57,167 nt of DNA from Candidatus Woesearchaeota archaeon (GCA_964444465.1 CAYUGZ010000004.1:1-57167); one strand, 5' to 3'. Positions 29,045 to 39,302 are shown, numbered from the stretch's first letter. Made by a program: numbers and translations. The notes: generated from the sequence alone by a model not told the origin.

Positions 29045-29568
29045 TTATATATTAAATCATAATTTTTTAATGATTTAATCATAGAGTTAATTGCATGTTG
29101 ATTATTATCAATTCTTTGATTTGGATTTCTTAAACTTTTTTTGAAGCCACCTAGAGCGTTTATATCTTTTTTATTAGTAGTTTGTAATTGCAATATAAAT
29201 TTATTTGATAGTTTAATCGACTCTCTATATTTCCCTATTCTTGAATCACCTAACTCTTTAGCTACTAAATATACATCATTCATTCCTTCATTATAAACAG
29301 CAGTTGAAATTCCTGGTGAAGTGCCATATCCACCTAAAAAAGTTTCATTTTCAGATTGAGATATTTGTTTTAACATACTCCAATCATTTAGAAGAAAGAC
29401 ATAATCAGCGTATTTTCTTTTTTTTGTCAAAAAAAATGCTTTTGAATATGCTTGAGAATGCCAAGTTATCATAGCTACATTTGGATTGTCTAGAAAATAA
29501 TTGTAGTAGTAAGGAAATGCATTTTCTACAACTTCTAAGTATATTCCATCTTCTGTATATTCATACAA
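29041..29568 (-). CDS. hypothetical protein, possibly a 5'-truncated remnant
   Basis: The ORF starts at TTG. The frame stays open 26 codons further upstream with no ATG. Confidence 0.3.
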   Translation of the reverse strand: MYEYTEDGIYLEVVENAFPYYYNYFLDNPNVAMITWHSQAYSKAFFLTKKRKYADYVFLLNDWSMLKQISQSENETFLGGYGTSPGISTAVYNEGMNDVYLVAKELGDSRIGKYRESIKLSNKFILQLQTTNKKDINALGGFKKSLRNPNQRIDNNQHAINSMIKSLKNYDLIYN

Positions 29569-29663
29569 CTTAACTATTGATAATAGTGCCTCACCTGGAA
29601 AATATTCAATGATTGCTTTAGGAGCAGCTGTAGTTGGAGAGATAGAGAGATATTAAATGGAAA

Positions 29664-29999
29664 GTGTGGGGTATCTTTAATTATGATAGATCTTGCGGAT
29701 CTTGTGGTGGAAAAGTTAAGATTAATGGAGCTTGTAGTATTTCTACTCCCTCAAAACTAGGAAATTCTTGTACTGTTGGAAAAGGAATTTGTCAAAAAAC
29801 AGGAACAATACAATGTGATGGTAAATGTAGTGCCACTCCAGGAAGTTCTTCAGCAGAAGTATGTGATAATCTAGATAATGATTGTAATGGGGTTGTAGAT
29901 AATGGTTGTGATAATGATAAAGATGGATTTGTAAATCCTACTTTAACATGTAGTGGGAATTTTAGGGATGGAAATGGGGTAGTTAGACCTTGCCCTTAA
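29664..29999 (+). CDS. Cys-rich fragment with MopE-like CDNLDNDCNGVVDNGC motif, possible remnant
   Basis: GTG start and no signal peptide. Shares its motif with the 978-aa protein downstream. Confidence 0.35.
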   Translation: MWGIFNYDRSCGSCGGKVKINGACSISTPSKLGNSCTVGKGICQKTGTIQCDGKCSATPGSSSAEVCDNLDNDCNGVVDNGCDNDKDGFVNPTLTCSGNFRDGNGVVRPCP

Positions 30000-30092
30000 T
30001 TTAAAAAATAATTTTTAGTGATATTCTAATTATCTCTTTCAAAAATATAGATTTAGTTATCTTTAAATATTAATCTTACTAGTATATCTAGT

Positions 30093-30686
30093 ATGAAAAA
30101 AAGAGGTCAGACAACGATTTTTATAATTCTTATTATAGTTATTTTAGGAATCATATTTTTTCTTATTTCATTTGGAAGTAGAATTACTCCTTCACTTGAA
30201 CCAGAAGAATTCCCAGATGTAGTATCTTATGTTCAAGGATGTTTAGATGATATTGTTAAAATTGGAGAAAGTAGTCCAATTGTTAGAGCTAATACTCCTG
30301 GAACAACATTTGAATCTAGATTACAAGATTATGTTGAATCAAATCTTCCATTAATTTGCGATGATTTTTCTAGATTTAATGAATATGAGTTAAGTGTAGA
30401 ACCTTTAGAGAATGTACAAGCTACATTAAATCCTAATAGAAATTTATTTGTTGAAGTTGAATGGCCTATCAAGATAACAAGAGGAGATAAAGTAGTTATA
30501 ATAAAAGATTTTTTTACAAAAGATAGTTTAAGTGTGTCTTGTTGTTTTGATGTAGCTGTAGATTCTAATTGTAAATCTATCGAATCAAGACAAGTTAATG
30601 CTTGTGGAATATATAAAAATTTTAATCCAGGTGATGATATAAGTTTCAATTATGATGGAATAGGTGATGTTTGTGTTGCTTGCTAA
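30093..30686 (+). CDS. type IV pilin-like protein (class III signal peptide)
   Basis: N-terminus MKKRGQTTIFIILIIVILGIIFFLI: a basic residue followed by G, Q and a hydrophobic helix. Confidence 0.5.
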   Translation: MKKRGQTTIFIILIIVILGIIFFLISFGSRITPSLEPEEFPDVVSYVQGCLDDIVKIGESSPIVRANTPGTTFESRLQDYVESNLPLICDDFSRFNEYELSVEPLENVQATLNPNRNLFVEVEWPIKITRGDKVVIIKDFFTKDSLSVSCCFDVAVDSNCKSIESRQVNACGIYKNFNPGDDISFNYDGIGDVCVAC

Positions 30687-31662
30687 TAATAAAATATTCA
30701 AATTAATTTTTATTATAATCTTAATAATCCCAATATTATTTGCTTATGCCCAAGGGGATAGTGGAACAGTAAATTTTCAAAAAATTTTAAATTGTAAAGA
30801 TCAAGGATTTAAACATTGTAATTTAGTTTTAAGTCCAATCTATAAATATCCTGGTTCAAATTCTAATTTCGGAAATTTTTTATATAAATTTCCACCAGAT
30901 GGCCCTTATTCTGAAGCTATTGTTGACTGTGGAAATAAGAATGAGGTAACATTAGCAGAGTATAATGGAGAAACTTGGATTCCTATATTAAGTACATTAT
31001 TTGGAGAAGATGATGATAAATTTGTTAATGTAACAACAAATAGATTAGGAACTTTTGCTTTAATAAGAACAGAAGCATGCGTTGTGCAATGTGGAGATGG
31101 TTCTGGAGCTTATTCTTTAAGTCCATTTAATGCTAATGTAAGAGTTAATAGAAATATAATATTTAATTTATGTGGAATGCTTCCTGGGTGTCAAGCATTA
31201 GAAGATGGTGTTTGTAGTAATAGTTGTACACAAAATATAGATCCTGATTGTGGTCAATGCACAAATAATGGTGGAGACTGTTGTTTGTTGTCTAAAGATG
31301 ATGTTTGTGATTCAGATTGTGGAAATTTTGATCCAGATTGTAGTTTATTAGCAAAAGGAAATAAAAATTCTTGTTTTAATTCATGTGATGGGGTTTGTGA
31401 TTCCAATTGTGCTTATGGAACGGATCCTGATTGTATAGACCTTCCATCAAATGTACAAGGACAAAAAGTTCAATGTGCTTATTGTGGTGATGAGAAATGC
31501 AATCAAAATGAAGCTTTAACAAGAAGTTGTGAAGAAGATTGCGGAACTTGTGGAGATAAAACTTGTGATAGATGGGAAACATTTGAATCACAGTTTAGTA
31601 ATTCACATATTTATTGTCCTGAAGATTGTTTAGATGACAGTGGAGATGGAGAGAGGAGATGA
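30664..31662 (+). CDS. secreted Cys-rich protein with repeated DPDC motifs
   Basis: Signal-like IFKLIFIIILIIPILFAYAQG. Motifs NIDPDCGQC, NFDPDCS and GTDPDCID. Confidence 0.55.
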   Translation: MMFVLLANNKIFKLIFIIILIIPILFAYAQGDSGTVNFQKILNCKDQGFKHCNLVLSPIYKYPGSNSNFGNFLYKFPPDGPYSEAIVDCGNKNEVTLAEYNGETWIPILSTLFGEDDDKFVNVTTNRLGTFALIRTEACVVQCGDGSGAYSLSPFNANVRVNRNIIFNLCGMLPGCQALEDGVCSNSCTQNIDPDCGQCTNNGGDCCLLSKDDVCDSDCGNFDPDCSLLAKGNKNSCFNSCDGVCDSNCAYGTDPDCIDLPSNVQGQKVQCAYCGDEKCNQNEALTRSCEEDCGTCGDKTCDRWETFESQFSNSHIYCPEDCLDDSGDGERR

Positions 31663-31675
31663 AGAGAGAGGATAG

Positions 31676-34612
31676 ATGAAAAAAATAATATTATTAACAT
31701 TATTGGTATTGTTAACTATTAGTATAACTTATGCAGATCATACTTCTCAATATCCAAGAAGAGAAGATACTCCTTGCGGTAGGGATACTTGTTTTTATCC
31801 TTTTTATGGTCCAATTTTATATGGACAAGTTTGTACAACAGATAGACTTGGCCATTTATCTTCAGCGGGATCTGTCTCTCCTTCGTGTGAAGGTGTTTTT
31901 GTAGGGACAAATTTAAGAAATAAAAATGAACTTTCAATTTTTGATAGAACTAATAGAGGTACTGCTAAATTTTATAAACAATCTTCAAAAAATTCCCCAA
32001 CAGAAATTGGTCCAGGTGGTTGCGATTTAGGACAAGTTTGTAATAATGGTTGTCAATGTGAAACTGTAGATGGAGATTTAGATGGATTTCTTGGAAGTTC
32101 TTTTGCACATTATACTTATTCGAATACACAAATAGATTGTAATGATAAAGATGCAAGTGTTTTTCCAGGAGCAGATGAAGTTTGTAATCTCAAAGATGAT
32201 AATTGTGATGGTCAAGTAGATGAAGGAGGAGTTTGCAAAAAATCAGTTAGAGTTTGTAGGGACCTTCAACAAGAAGACATTAGTAATGAAGTTTGTAATC
32301 AAGGAGAGTATTGTAGTACTTCTTCATTTAATGATGAAGCTAGCTGTAAATATATCACACAACAAAGTGACATAGGATTAAATGAATTTTTTACTTTTTT
32401 TTGTGATGAATATTTGCCAGATGGAGATTATGGATGTGTAAGATTTGTTGAGAGTAGTTTTAGAGTTTGTACAGTAGATGAACAGGATTTATGTGATGAC
32501 AACCAAGATAATGATTGTGATGGAAGAATAGATAATTTAGATACAGATTGTGGATTTGTTGTAGCTGGATGTAATAATGGACAATTAGATCAAGGTGAAC
32601 AATGTGATGCTTCTAATCTAAATGGAGCTACATGTTTAAGTGTTAGTTCTAGTTTTACTGGAGGGACATTAAGTTGTAAGAATGATTGTCAATTTGATAT
32701 ATCTCAATGTACTACTGAAACTTTTATCTGTTCTCCTGGAGAAACAAGAATTTGTTATCCTGCAAATGGTGGGGATGAAGTATCAAATTATTTAGAAACA
32801 TGCGGAGCTAATGGGCAATATGGTTCATGTGAACCTCAACCTATAGAAACATGTACAAATGGTGATGTTAGACCTTGCCCTAGAGTTTTAGGTGTTTGTG
32901 AAGGGAAAACACAAACTTGTTCAAATGGACAATGGCAAGCATGTAGTTATGGTTCTAATTTTAATTTAGTTGATACATGTAGTGATAGTTTAGATAATAA
33001 TTGTAATAGTTTAATTGATGAAAATTGTGATTGTAATGTAGGAGATACAAGAGGATGTTCAACAGACACTGGAGTTTGTAATTTAGGAACTCAGATATGT
33101 CAAGAAAATGGAAAATGGAGTAGTATTTGTGGAGGATCAACACTTCCTGGATTAGAAGTATGTGATGGATCAGATAATAATTGCGAAGGAGGAGTAGATG
33201 AAGGATGTGATTGTACTAACCAAGGATCTACTAGAAGTTGTGGGGGACCTAACCAAGGAATTTGTAAAGAAGGAACCCAAACATGTAGTCTAGTTAATGA
33301 TTTGTTAAAATGGAGTGTTTGTGATGATGCAGTTCTTCCAGGAATAGAAATATGTGATAATATAGATAATAATTGTAATGGCGCAATAGATGAAGGTTGT
33401 CAATGCAGTATAGGAGATTCAAAAAGTTGTGGAACTTCAATTGGGGTTTGTACTAGTGGAACACAAGAATGTCTTAATAGTTTATGGAGTGTTTGTTTAG
33501 GAGCAATACTTCCAATAACTGAGTTATGTGGTGATAATGTAGATAATGATTGTGATGGATCAATAGATGAAAGTTGTACATGTAATCAAGGAGAAACAAG
33601 AGCTTGTGCATTAAATGATGGAGTTTGTAGTGGTTTAACACAAACTTGTTCAAATGGATTATTTAATTCTTGCAATTATACTTCCACACAAAATTATGAG
33701 CAGATTGAAACAAATTGTTTAGACAATAAAGATAATGATTGTGATGGAAAAATAGATGATTTAGATACAGATTGTCAAGGTTCAGGAGAATCATGTTCTG
33801 ATGGAACAAATGATAATTCATGTAGTACAAACAAACCAAATCGTTGTAATGATGGGGTGTTAGAAAATAAATGTGCTATTTGTGGTTGTGAAGATGAAGA
33901 ATTGTGTAAACCTGATGGAAGTTGTATTATCTCAAGACCTAGAACACAAACACAACAAACCCCTCCAGTTTCATCTAAAGATTCAGATGGTGATGGATTA
34001 ACAGATGAAGAAGAATTAGCATTAGGTTACAATCCATTTAATTCAGATACTGATGGAGATGGAATTTTAGATGGAGAAGATTTAACTCCATTGTGTAATG
34101 AAAATGGAGTTTGTGATTCTGAAGGAGATTACCCAGAAACAAAAAATAATTGTCCTGCTGATTGTCAAGAAGAAAAAGGATTTAATTTATGGATTTTATT
34201 TATAATTTTATTTATAATTCTATTAATTTCAGGAGGCTTAGGTTATTATTATTGGAAAATTAAGAAAAAAGGAAAGAAAAAAGATGACAAAAAATCTTTA
34301 TTTCCATTTTTAGGTGTTTTGAAAAGAAAATCAAAATACAAACCAATTAAGAAAGATGTTTTAGAACCAATGCCTGTTTTTAAAAGTAATAATTTTAAAG
34401 AGCATGCTAATATTCAAGATTTACAAAATTATATTAAAGATGGAGTGAAGAAAGGACATTCATTAAGTTATTTAAAATCTAAATCTTTGAATGTGGGCTG
34501 GTATAAAGATGAAGTAAACAAAGCAACTTCACTACCTTCATTACTTCATAAAAAACCTTTACATAAAAAAGGAAAAATTTCTAGAAGACTATTACGTCAT
34601 AAAAGAAAGTAA
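31676..34612 (+). CDS. large Cys-rich surface protein (MopE-like and myxo-type Cys repeats, TSP3-like Ca-binding repeats, C-terminal TM anchor)
   Basis: Signal peptide, DCNDKDASVFPGADEVCNLKDDNCDGQVDEGG, and five tandem modules of about 60 aa. Also DSDGDGLTDEEE/DTDGDGILDGED, TM LWILFIILFIILLISGGLGYYYW and a Lys-rich tail. Confidence 0.7.
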   Translation: MKKIILLTLLVLLTISITYADHTSQYPRREDTPCGRDTCFYPFYGPILYGQVCTTDRLGHLSSAGSVSPSCEGVFVGTNLRNKNELSIFDRTNRGTAKFYKQSSKNSPTEIGPGGCDLGQVCNNGCQCETVDGDLDGFLGSSFAHYTYSNTQIDCNDKDASVFPGADEVCNLKDDNCDGQVDEGGVCKKSVRVCRDLQQEDISNEVCNQGEYCSTSSFNDEASCKYITQQSDIGLNEFFTFFCDEYLPDGDYGCVRFVESSFRVCTVDEQDLCDDNQDNDCDGRIDNLDTDCGFVVAGCNNGQLDQGEQCDASNLNGATCLSVSSSFTGGTLSCKNDCQFDISQCTTETFICSPGETRICYPANGGDEVSNYLETCGANGQYGSCEPQPIETCTNGDVRPCPRVLGVCEGKTQTCSNGQWQACSYGSNFNLVDTCSDSLDNNCNSLIDENCDCNVGDTRGCSTDTGVCNLGTQICQENGKWSSICGGSTLPGLEVCDGSDNNCEGGVDEGCDCTNQGSTRSCGGPNQGICKEGTQTCSLVNDLLKWSVCDDAVLPGIEICDNIDNNCNGAIDEGCQCSIGDSKSCGTSIGVCTSGTQECLNSLWSVCLGAILPITELCGDNVDNDCDGSIDESCTCNQGETRACALNDGVCSGLTQTCSNGLFNSCNYTSTQNYEQIETNCLDNKDNDCDGKIDDLDTDCQGSGESCSDGTNDNSCSTNKPNRCNDGVLENKCAICGCEDEELCKPDGSCIISRPRTQTQQTPPVSSKDSDGDGLTDEEELALGYNPFNSDTDGDGILDGEDLTPLCNENGVCDSEGDYPETKNNCPADCQEEKGFNLWILFIILFIILLISGGLGYYYWKIKKKGKKKDDKKSLFPFLGVLKRKSKYKPIKKDVLEPMPVFKSNNFKEHANIQDLQNYIKDGVKKGHSLSYLKSKSLNVGWYKDEVNKATSLPSLLHKKPLHKKGKISRRLLRHKRK

Positions 34613-35793
34613 AGGACAACTGGGATGATTAAAGAGCCCATTAAATGACTTCTTCCTGTGTTTTTTAAGATTGGAATCATTCCTACACTTGTAGCTACTA
34701 ATAAAACAAACAAACCAGTTAATCCTGTAAGAAAAGTAACTAAAGAAATTATCAAAAAAATAATGATCATAGTTATTTTAGCATAATTTATTTTATTTAT
34801 TATCTTTGAAAATAGTCTAGATAATTTTAATGTTAAAAAAGTAGCTAATCCAGCAACAACAAGAGAAGATCCTAAAAATAAGATTAAATGATTTAATGTT
34901 ATATCTTCCATAATTTTAGATACAACAACAATAACCCCATTTCTTGCTCTATCAATCACATATAATGCAATAAATGAAATAACCATAACAATTGTGTTTA
35001 TAGAACCTAATAAAACTATAAAGCCTTTACTACTTAATTTTCCAGTAAGATTTGATGCAAGAATGGCTGCTTGTGCTGCACCCAATCCTGGAAGAAAACC
35101 AGCTAATGAAGAAGCTATAAATCCACCACTAAAAGCTTTTATTGATTCTCCTTTATTAATCTTTATTTCTTCAATCTTTTGTTCTGGCAAAGTTATTTTA
35201 TTTTTCAAACTTATTAATAAATTACTAGTCCCAAACAACCCAGAAAATAAAGGAAATAAAGGTTGTTTCATATTTAAATTTAAAACTCCCAATCCTAACA
35301 CCCCTGATAATAAAAATATAATTAATGACCATTTTTTATTCATATCTTTTAAGATTAAAAATAAAGAAGCTGTGATTAATATAAAAGGAATTAAAGGTTT
35401 GATTAAAGGATACCATTTGTCTACTAAAAATATTAGTAAAGGGGTTAATAATATTGTTATTATTAATCCAAATAAACTACCAAAAGTGCTTAGTTGTATT
35501 GCTTCATGACCTTTTCCTTCTAATAATAATCTATGAGCTGGAAGTATTGATAATGCTGTATCTGGATTTGGAGCCCCCAAATAAACAGAAGGAATAAAAT
35601 CTAAGAATGTATGTGCTACAGCCATTGATATTAATACAATGATTATTGAAATAGTAGAAAAATAATTTGATAAGATTGGAAATGAGGTTAAAGCTAAAAC
35701 AGCAATCAAATTTATATGTATTCCTGGAATTAATCCAGTTATAACTCCAAGTAATGTTCCAATTATTATTGAAATAAATACTTCAATAATCAT
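34597..35793 (-). CDS. polytopic membrane protein (TctA/DUF112-like)
   Basis: About 10 TM segments. GLIPGIH and GFLPGLGAAQAAILA motifs. Confidence 0.5.
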   Translation of the reverse strand: MIIEVFISIIIGTLLGVITGLIPGIHINLIAVLALTSFPILSNYFSTISIIIVLISMAVAHTFLDFIPSVYLGAPNPDTALSILPAHRLLLEGKGHEAIQLSTFGSLFGLIITILLTPLLIFLVDKWYPLIKPLIPFILITASLFLILKDMNKKWSLIIFLLSGVLGLGVLNLNMKQPLFPLFSGLFGTSNLLISLKNKITLPEQKIEEIKINKGESIKAFSGGFIASSLAGFLPGLGAAQAAILASNLTGKLSSKGFIVLLGSINTIVMVISFIALYVIDRARNGVIVVVSKIMEDITLNHLILFLGSSLVVAGLATFLTLKLSRLFSKIINKINYAKITMIIIFLIISLVTFLTGLTGLFVLLVATSVGMIPILKNTGRSHLMGSLIIPVVLYFLL

Positions 35794-36140
35794 CTTCTTT
35801 TAATAGTTTCTGCCTCAATTTCTAAATAATTTTTGTATTTTATTACTTTTCCAGTTAGTTCTATGTTATCATATCTGTTAATTGTTATTTGATCATCTTC
35901 TTTAAATAAAACAACTTTCATTGTTCCAGTATCATCATTAACATCTAGAATTGTTAAACCAGGGGTGTCTCTTAAAGAAATAACACTTCCTTGGATCTTT
36001 ACTTTTTCATCCAAATTTTTTTCTGTAATTGAATAAATATCATATAATTTTATTTCTAAAGTTTCAGCCATTATTAAAATAATGAATATTCCAACTAAAG
36101 AAAAAGATAAAGCTATTTTGAATAAAGTTGATTCATTCAT
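35790..36140 (-). CDS. membrane-anchored OB-fold protein
   Basis: N-terminal TM then VKIQGSVISLRDTPGLTILDVNDDTGTMKVVLFK. Overlaps the next gene by 4 nt. Confidence 0.5.
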   Translation of the reverse strand: MNESTLFKIALSFSLVGIFIILIMAETLEIKLYDIYSITEKNLDEKVKIQGSVISLRDTPGLTILDVNDDTGTMKVVLFKEDDQITINRYDNIELTGKVIKYKNYLEIEAETIKRR

Positions 36141-36225
36141 AATACTAATCTTACTATATATCTCCTTTTTTCATCCATTAAATTTATAGATATATTTATA
36201 TTTAAATGAATTTTTATATTGTGAT

Positions 36226-37197
36226 ATGGATAATAAAGAAAAGTTAGATTTGATAAGAAGAAATGCTGAAGAGATTATTTCAGAACAAGAATTAAAGAAT
36301 TTATTAAAGAAGAAGAAAAATCTTGTAACCTATTGTGGATATGAAGTTTCTGGAGAGATTCATTTAGGTCATTTAGTTACAATGACTAAATTATTAGATT
36401 TACAAAAAGCTGGAGTTAAAGTAATTATTTTATTTGCAGATTGGCATACTTGGCTTAATAAGAAAGGTGATTGGGATTTTATTCACAAACAAATAAAAAT
36501 TTGGGAGAATGCTTTTAGAGCAGCTGGATTAACTAAAGCAAAATTTGTTTTAGGTAGTTCTTTTCAAAGAGATATAAACTATATAGATGATGTATTAAGA
36601 ATGAGTTTAAAGACTACAATCAATAGGGCTTTAAGAAGTATGCAAGTTGTTGCTAGAGACATAGAACATGCTAGAGTTTCTCAAGTAATTTATCCGTTTA
36701 TGCAATTAGTTGATATTAAATATTTAAAAGCAGATTTAGTTACTTCAGGTATGGATCAAAGAAAGATACACATGTTAGGTGTTGATGGAATGTTTAAAGA
36801 AATAGATTATAAAACACCTGTCTTTATCCATACATCAATTATTCCCTCTTTAAAAGGTCCTGGTGGAAAGATGGCTTCTAGTGACCCTAAAAGTTTGATC
36901 TCTATAATAGACTCTTCTAAAACTATTAAAGAAAAAATCAATAAAGCTTATTGTGTTTCAGGAGAGTTAAATGACAACCCAATTTTATCAATCCTTAAAC
37001 TGATTATTTTTCCAAGAATCTCTTCTTTTGTAATTAAGAGAGAGAAGAAATATGGTGGAGATTTAAAATTTAAGAATTATGAAGACCTTGAAAAAAAATT
37101 TAAATCAAAAGAAATTCATCCAAAAGACCTAAAAAATTCTGTTTCTGATTACTTAATTGAAGTATTAGTTCCTATCAGAAAATATTTTAAAAAATAA
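36226..37197 (+). CDS. tyrS: tyrosyl-tRNA synthetase (archaeal type)
   Basis: HIGH region GEIHLGHL and a KMSKS-like KMASS. Confidence 0.92.
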   Translation: MDNKEKLDLIRRNAEEIISEQELKNLLKKKKNLVTYCGYEVSGEIHLGHLVTMTKLLDLQKAGVKVIILFADWHTWLNKKGDWDFIHKQIKIWENAFRAAGLTKAKFVLGSSFQRDINYIDDVLRMSLKTTINRALRSMQVVARDIEHARVSQVIYPFMQLVDIKYLKADLVTSGMDQRKIHMLGVDGMFKEIDYKTPVFIHTSIIPSLKGPGGKMASSDPKSLISIIDSSKTIKEKINKAYCVSGELNDNPILSILKLIIFPRISSFVIKREKKYGGDLKFKNYEDLEKKFKSKEIHPKDLKNSVSDYLIEVLVPIRKYFKK

Positions 37198-37255
37198 AAT
37201 AATAATCTAAATAAAAATAATAAGATAAATATTTATAAAGAATAAAATTTTATTT

Positions 37256-38386
37256 TTGAATATGGAAGTAAACTTCAAATCCTTTGATGATTCCAATAAT
37301 GATTCTAATTTATCTGTTGAAAGTGAAAATAAAGTATTAAAAGCTACAATCATACATCTAAAGAATGAATTAACCAAACTTAGAAAAAAACCATTAATAC
37401 TTTGTCAAATTAAAAATATAATAAAAGATAAAGTTATCATAAAATTACCTAATGGAAATAATTTTCTTGTAGAAGTGTCTAGTGATCTATTGGGAAAATT
37501 AAAAATAAATGATGAAGTTTTTGTAGAACAAAGATCATTAGCTGTAGTTGATAAATTAGAAAGTCATAAATCTTATGATGTTGAAAATTTTGTAATAATT
37601 GAAAAACCTAAAATTTCTTGGAAGGAAATAGGTGGATTAAAAGATCAAATTCAAGAAATAAAGGAAGTAATAGAGCTTCCATTAAACAAACCTAAAGTTT
37701 TTGAAAAAGTTGGAATAGACCCACCTAAAGGGATTTTGTTATATGGCCCCCCAGGATCTGGAAAAACATTATTAGCTAAAGCTGTTGCACAATCAACTAA
37801 AGCAACATTCATAGAAGTAGTTGCTTCTGAGTTAAATCAAAAGTATATAGGTGAAGGTGCTAAATTAGTTAGAGATATTTTTAAATTAGCTAAAGAAAAA
37901 GCACCAAGTATAATTTTTGTAGATGAGATTGACGCTTTAGCTTCTGAGAGAATGGATATAGGGACTTCTGGGGAAAGAGAAGTACAAAGGACATTTATGC
38001 AATTTTTATCTGAGTTGGATGGTTTTAAATCATTAAGTAATGTTAAATTGATAGGCGCAACAAATAGAATTGATGTTTTAGATCCAGCTTTATTAAGGCC
38101 TGGAAGATTAGATAGACTAATAGAGATTCAATTACCAAACAAAGAAGAGAGAGAAGAGATATTAAAAATTCACACAAAAAATATGAGTTTGAATAAAGTA
38201 AATATTCCTCAACTAACTTTAGAAACTCAAGATTTTTCTGGTGCAGATATAAAATCAATGTGTACTGAAGCAGGATATCTTGCAATTAGAAAAAATAAAT
38301 ATAGTGTAAATCATAATGATTTTGTTGATGCCCTAAAAAAAATTAAAGTAGAAGATCAAGAAGATCATATAGTTATGTTTGGATAG
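37256..38386 (+). CDS. pan: proteasome-activating nucleotidase-like AAA ATPase
   Basis: Coiled coil, OB region, GPPGSGKT and IIFVDEID. An ATG at 37262 is the more likely start. Confidence 0.85.
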   Translation: MNMEVNFKSFDDSNNDSNLSVESENKVLKATIIHLKNELTKLRKKPLILCQIKNIIKDKVIIKLPNGNNFLVEVSSDLLGKLKINDEVFVEQRSLAVVDKLESHKSYDVENFVIIEKPKISWKEIGGLKDQIQEIKEVIELPLNKPKVFEKVGIDPPKGILLYGPPGSGKTLLAKAVAQSTKATFIEVVASELNQKYIGEGAKLVRDIFKLAKEKAPSIIFVDEIDALASERMDIGTSGEREVQRTFMQFLSELDGFKSLSNVKLIGATNRIDVLDPALLRPGRLDRLIEIQLPNKEEREEILKIHTKNMSLNKVNIPQLTLETQDFSGADIKSMCTEAGYLAIRKNKYSVNHNDFVDALKKIKVEDQEDHIVMFG

Positions 38387-38416
38387 ATTTTTAAGTCTTT
38401 TTTTCTGTTTTTATTT

Positions 38417-39154
38417 ATGAGATTAATGAAAATTCCATATTCAGATGGATCTTTAGATAAAAATAAAGGTTGTGAAAAAGCACCTGATCATATAGTAAAA
38501 CTAATTAATGAAATTTGGTCTAATGAGAATCATAAAAATATTGAACTGGAAATAGGAGAAAATATTGATTTTAAAAATAATTTAAAAAAAGCAGATTTTT
38601 ATTTAGGAGGAGACCATAGCATAACTTATTGGACATTTAAAGAATTTGTTAAAGGACAAAAAAATCCTGGAATTATAATATTTGATGCACATCCTGATTT
38701 ATTTAATGAATTTAAAGAACCAACACATGTAGATTGGCTTTATTTCCTTATTGAAGAAAAATTAGTCAAACCTGAAAATATAATCATAATTGGATTGAGA
38801 AATTCTCATGTTAAAGAAATAGAATATGCTTCAAAAAATAAAATAAAGTTATATCCTATGAATCAAATTTTTAATAATCTAGAAAATGTTTGTGATACAA
38901 TTATGGAAGCAGCAATGGATTTTGATTCTTTATACCTAAGCTTAGACATAGATGTTTTAGATCCTGCATTTGCTCCAGGGACAGGTTATTTAGAACCAGG
39001 AGGATTATCTTCTAGAGAATTAATCTATTTTATTAAAAGATTAAAGATGTTAAAAAAATTAAAAGTAGTTGATTTAGTAGAAATAAATCCTAATAAAGAT
39101 ATTAATAACATTACTTCTAAATTAGGCGCTAAAATTATCAAAGAATTTAGCTAA
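38417..39154 (+). CDS. arginase/agmatinase-family ureohydrolase
   Basis: Motifs GGDHSIT, FDAHPD and SLDIDVLDP. Confidence 0.8.
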   Translation: MRLMKIPYSDGSLDKNKGCEKAPDHIVKLINEIWSNENHKNIELEIGENIDFKNNLKKADFYLGGDHSITYWTFKEFVKGQKNPGIIIFDAHPDLFNEFKEPTHVDWLYFLIEEKLVKPENIIIIGLRNSHVKEIEYASKNKIKLYPMNQIFNNLENVCDTIMEAAMDFDSLYLSLDIDVLDPAFAPGTGYLEPGGLSSRELIYFIKRLKMLKKLKVVDLVEINPNKDINNITSKLGAKIIKEFS

Positions 39155-39166
39155 AATAAATTAATA

Positions 39167-39250
39167 TGCGGAGGACAGGATTCGAACCTGCGTAGGCACT
39201 AAGCCACTGGGGCCTAAACCCAGCCCATTTGACCACTCTGGCACCCCCGC
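39167..39250 (-). tRNA. tRNA-Leu (anticodon TAG)
   Basis: Reverse complement gcgggggtgccagagtggtc...; anticodon arm ctggg/ttTAGgc/cccag. Has a long variable arm and T-loop ttcgaat. Confidence 0.9.
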
Positions 39251-39272
39251 ATATATAATCATAAGAATTTTA

Positions 39273-39288
39273 ATTTAAATAACTTTAG
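39273..39288 (-). promoter_or_regulatory. BRE/TATA promoter of tRNA-Leu
   Basis: Minus strand reads ctaaag-ttatttaaat, centred about 27 nt upstream of the tRNA 5' end. Confidence 0.5.
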
Positions 39289-39302
39289 TTTAGAAAGATT
39301 AA

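Noticed and set aside
34994-35509. 171-aa plus-strand ORF
   Set aside because: It is antisense to the polytopic membrane protein gene 34597..35793 and is a low-complexity shadow ORF.
38360-38386. The PAN-like ATPase ends in MFG rather than a canonical HbYX tail
   Set aside because: I cannot judge from one sequence whether this matters. A 20S proteasome is not in the window to compare. I noted it but did not promote it to a finding.
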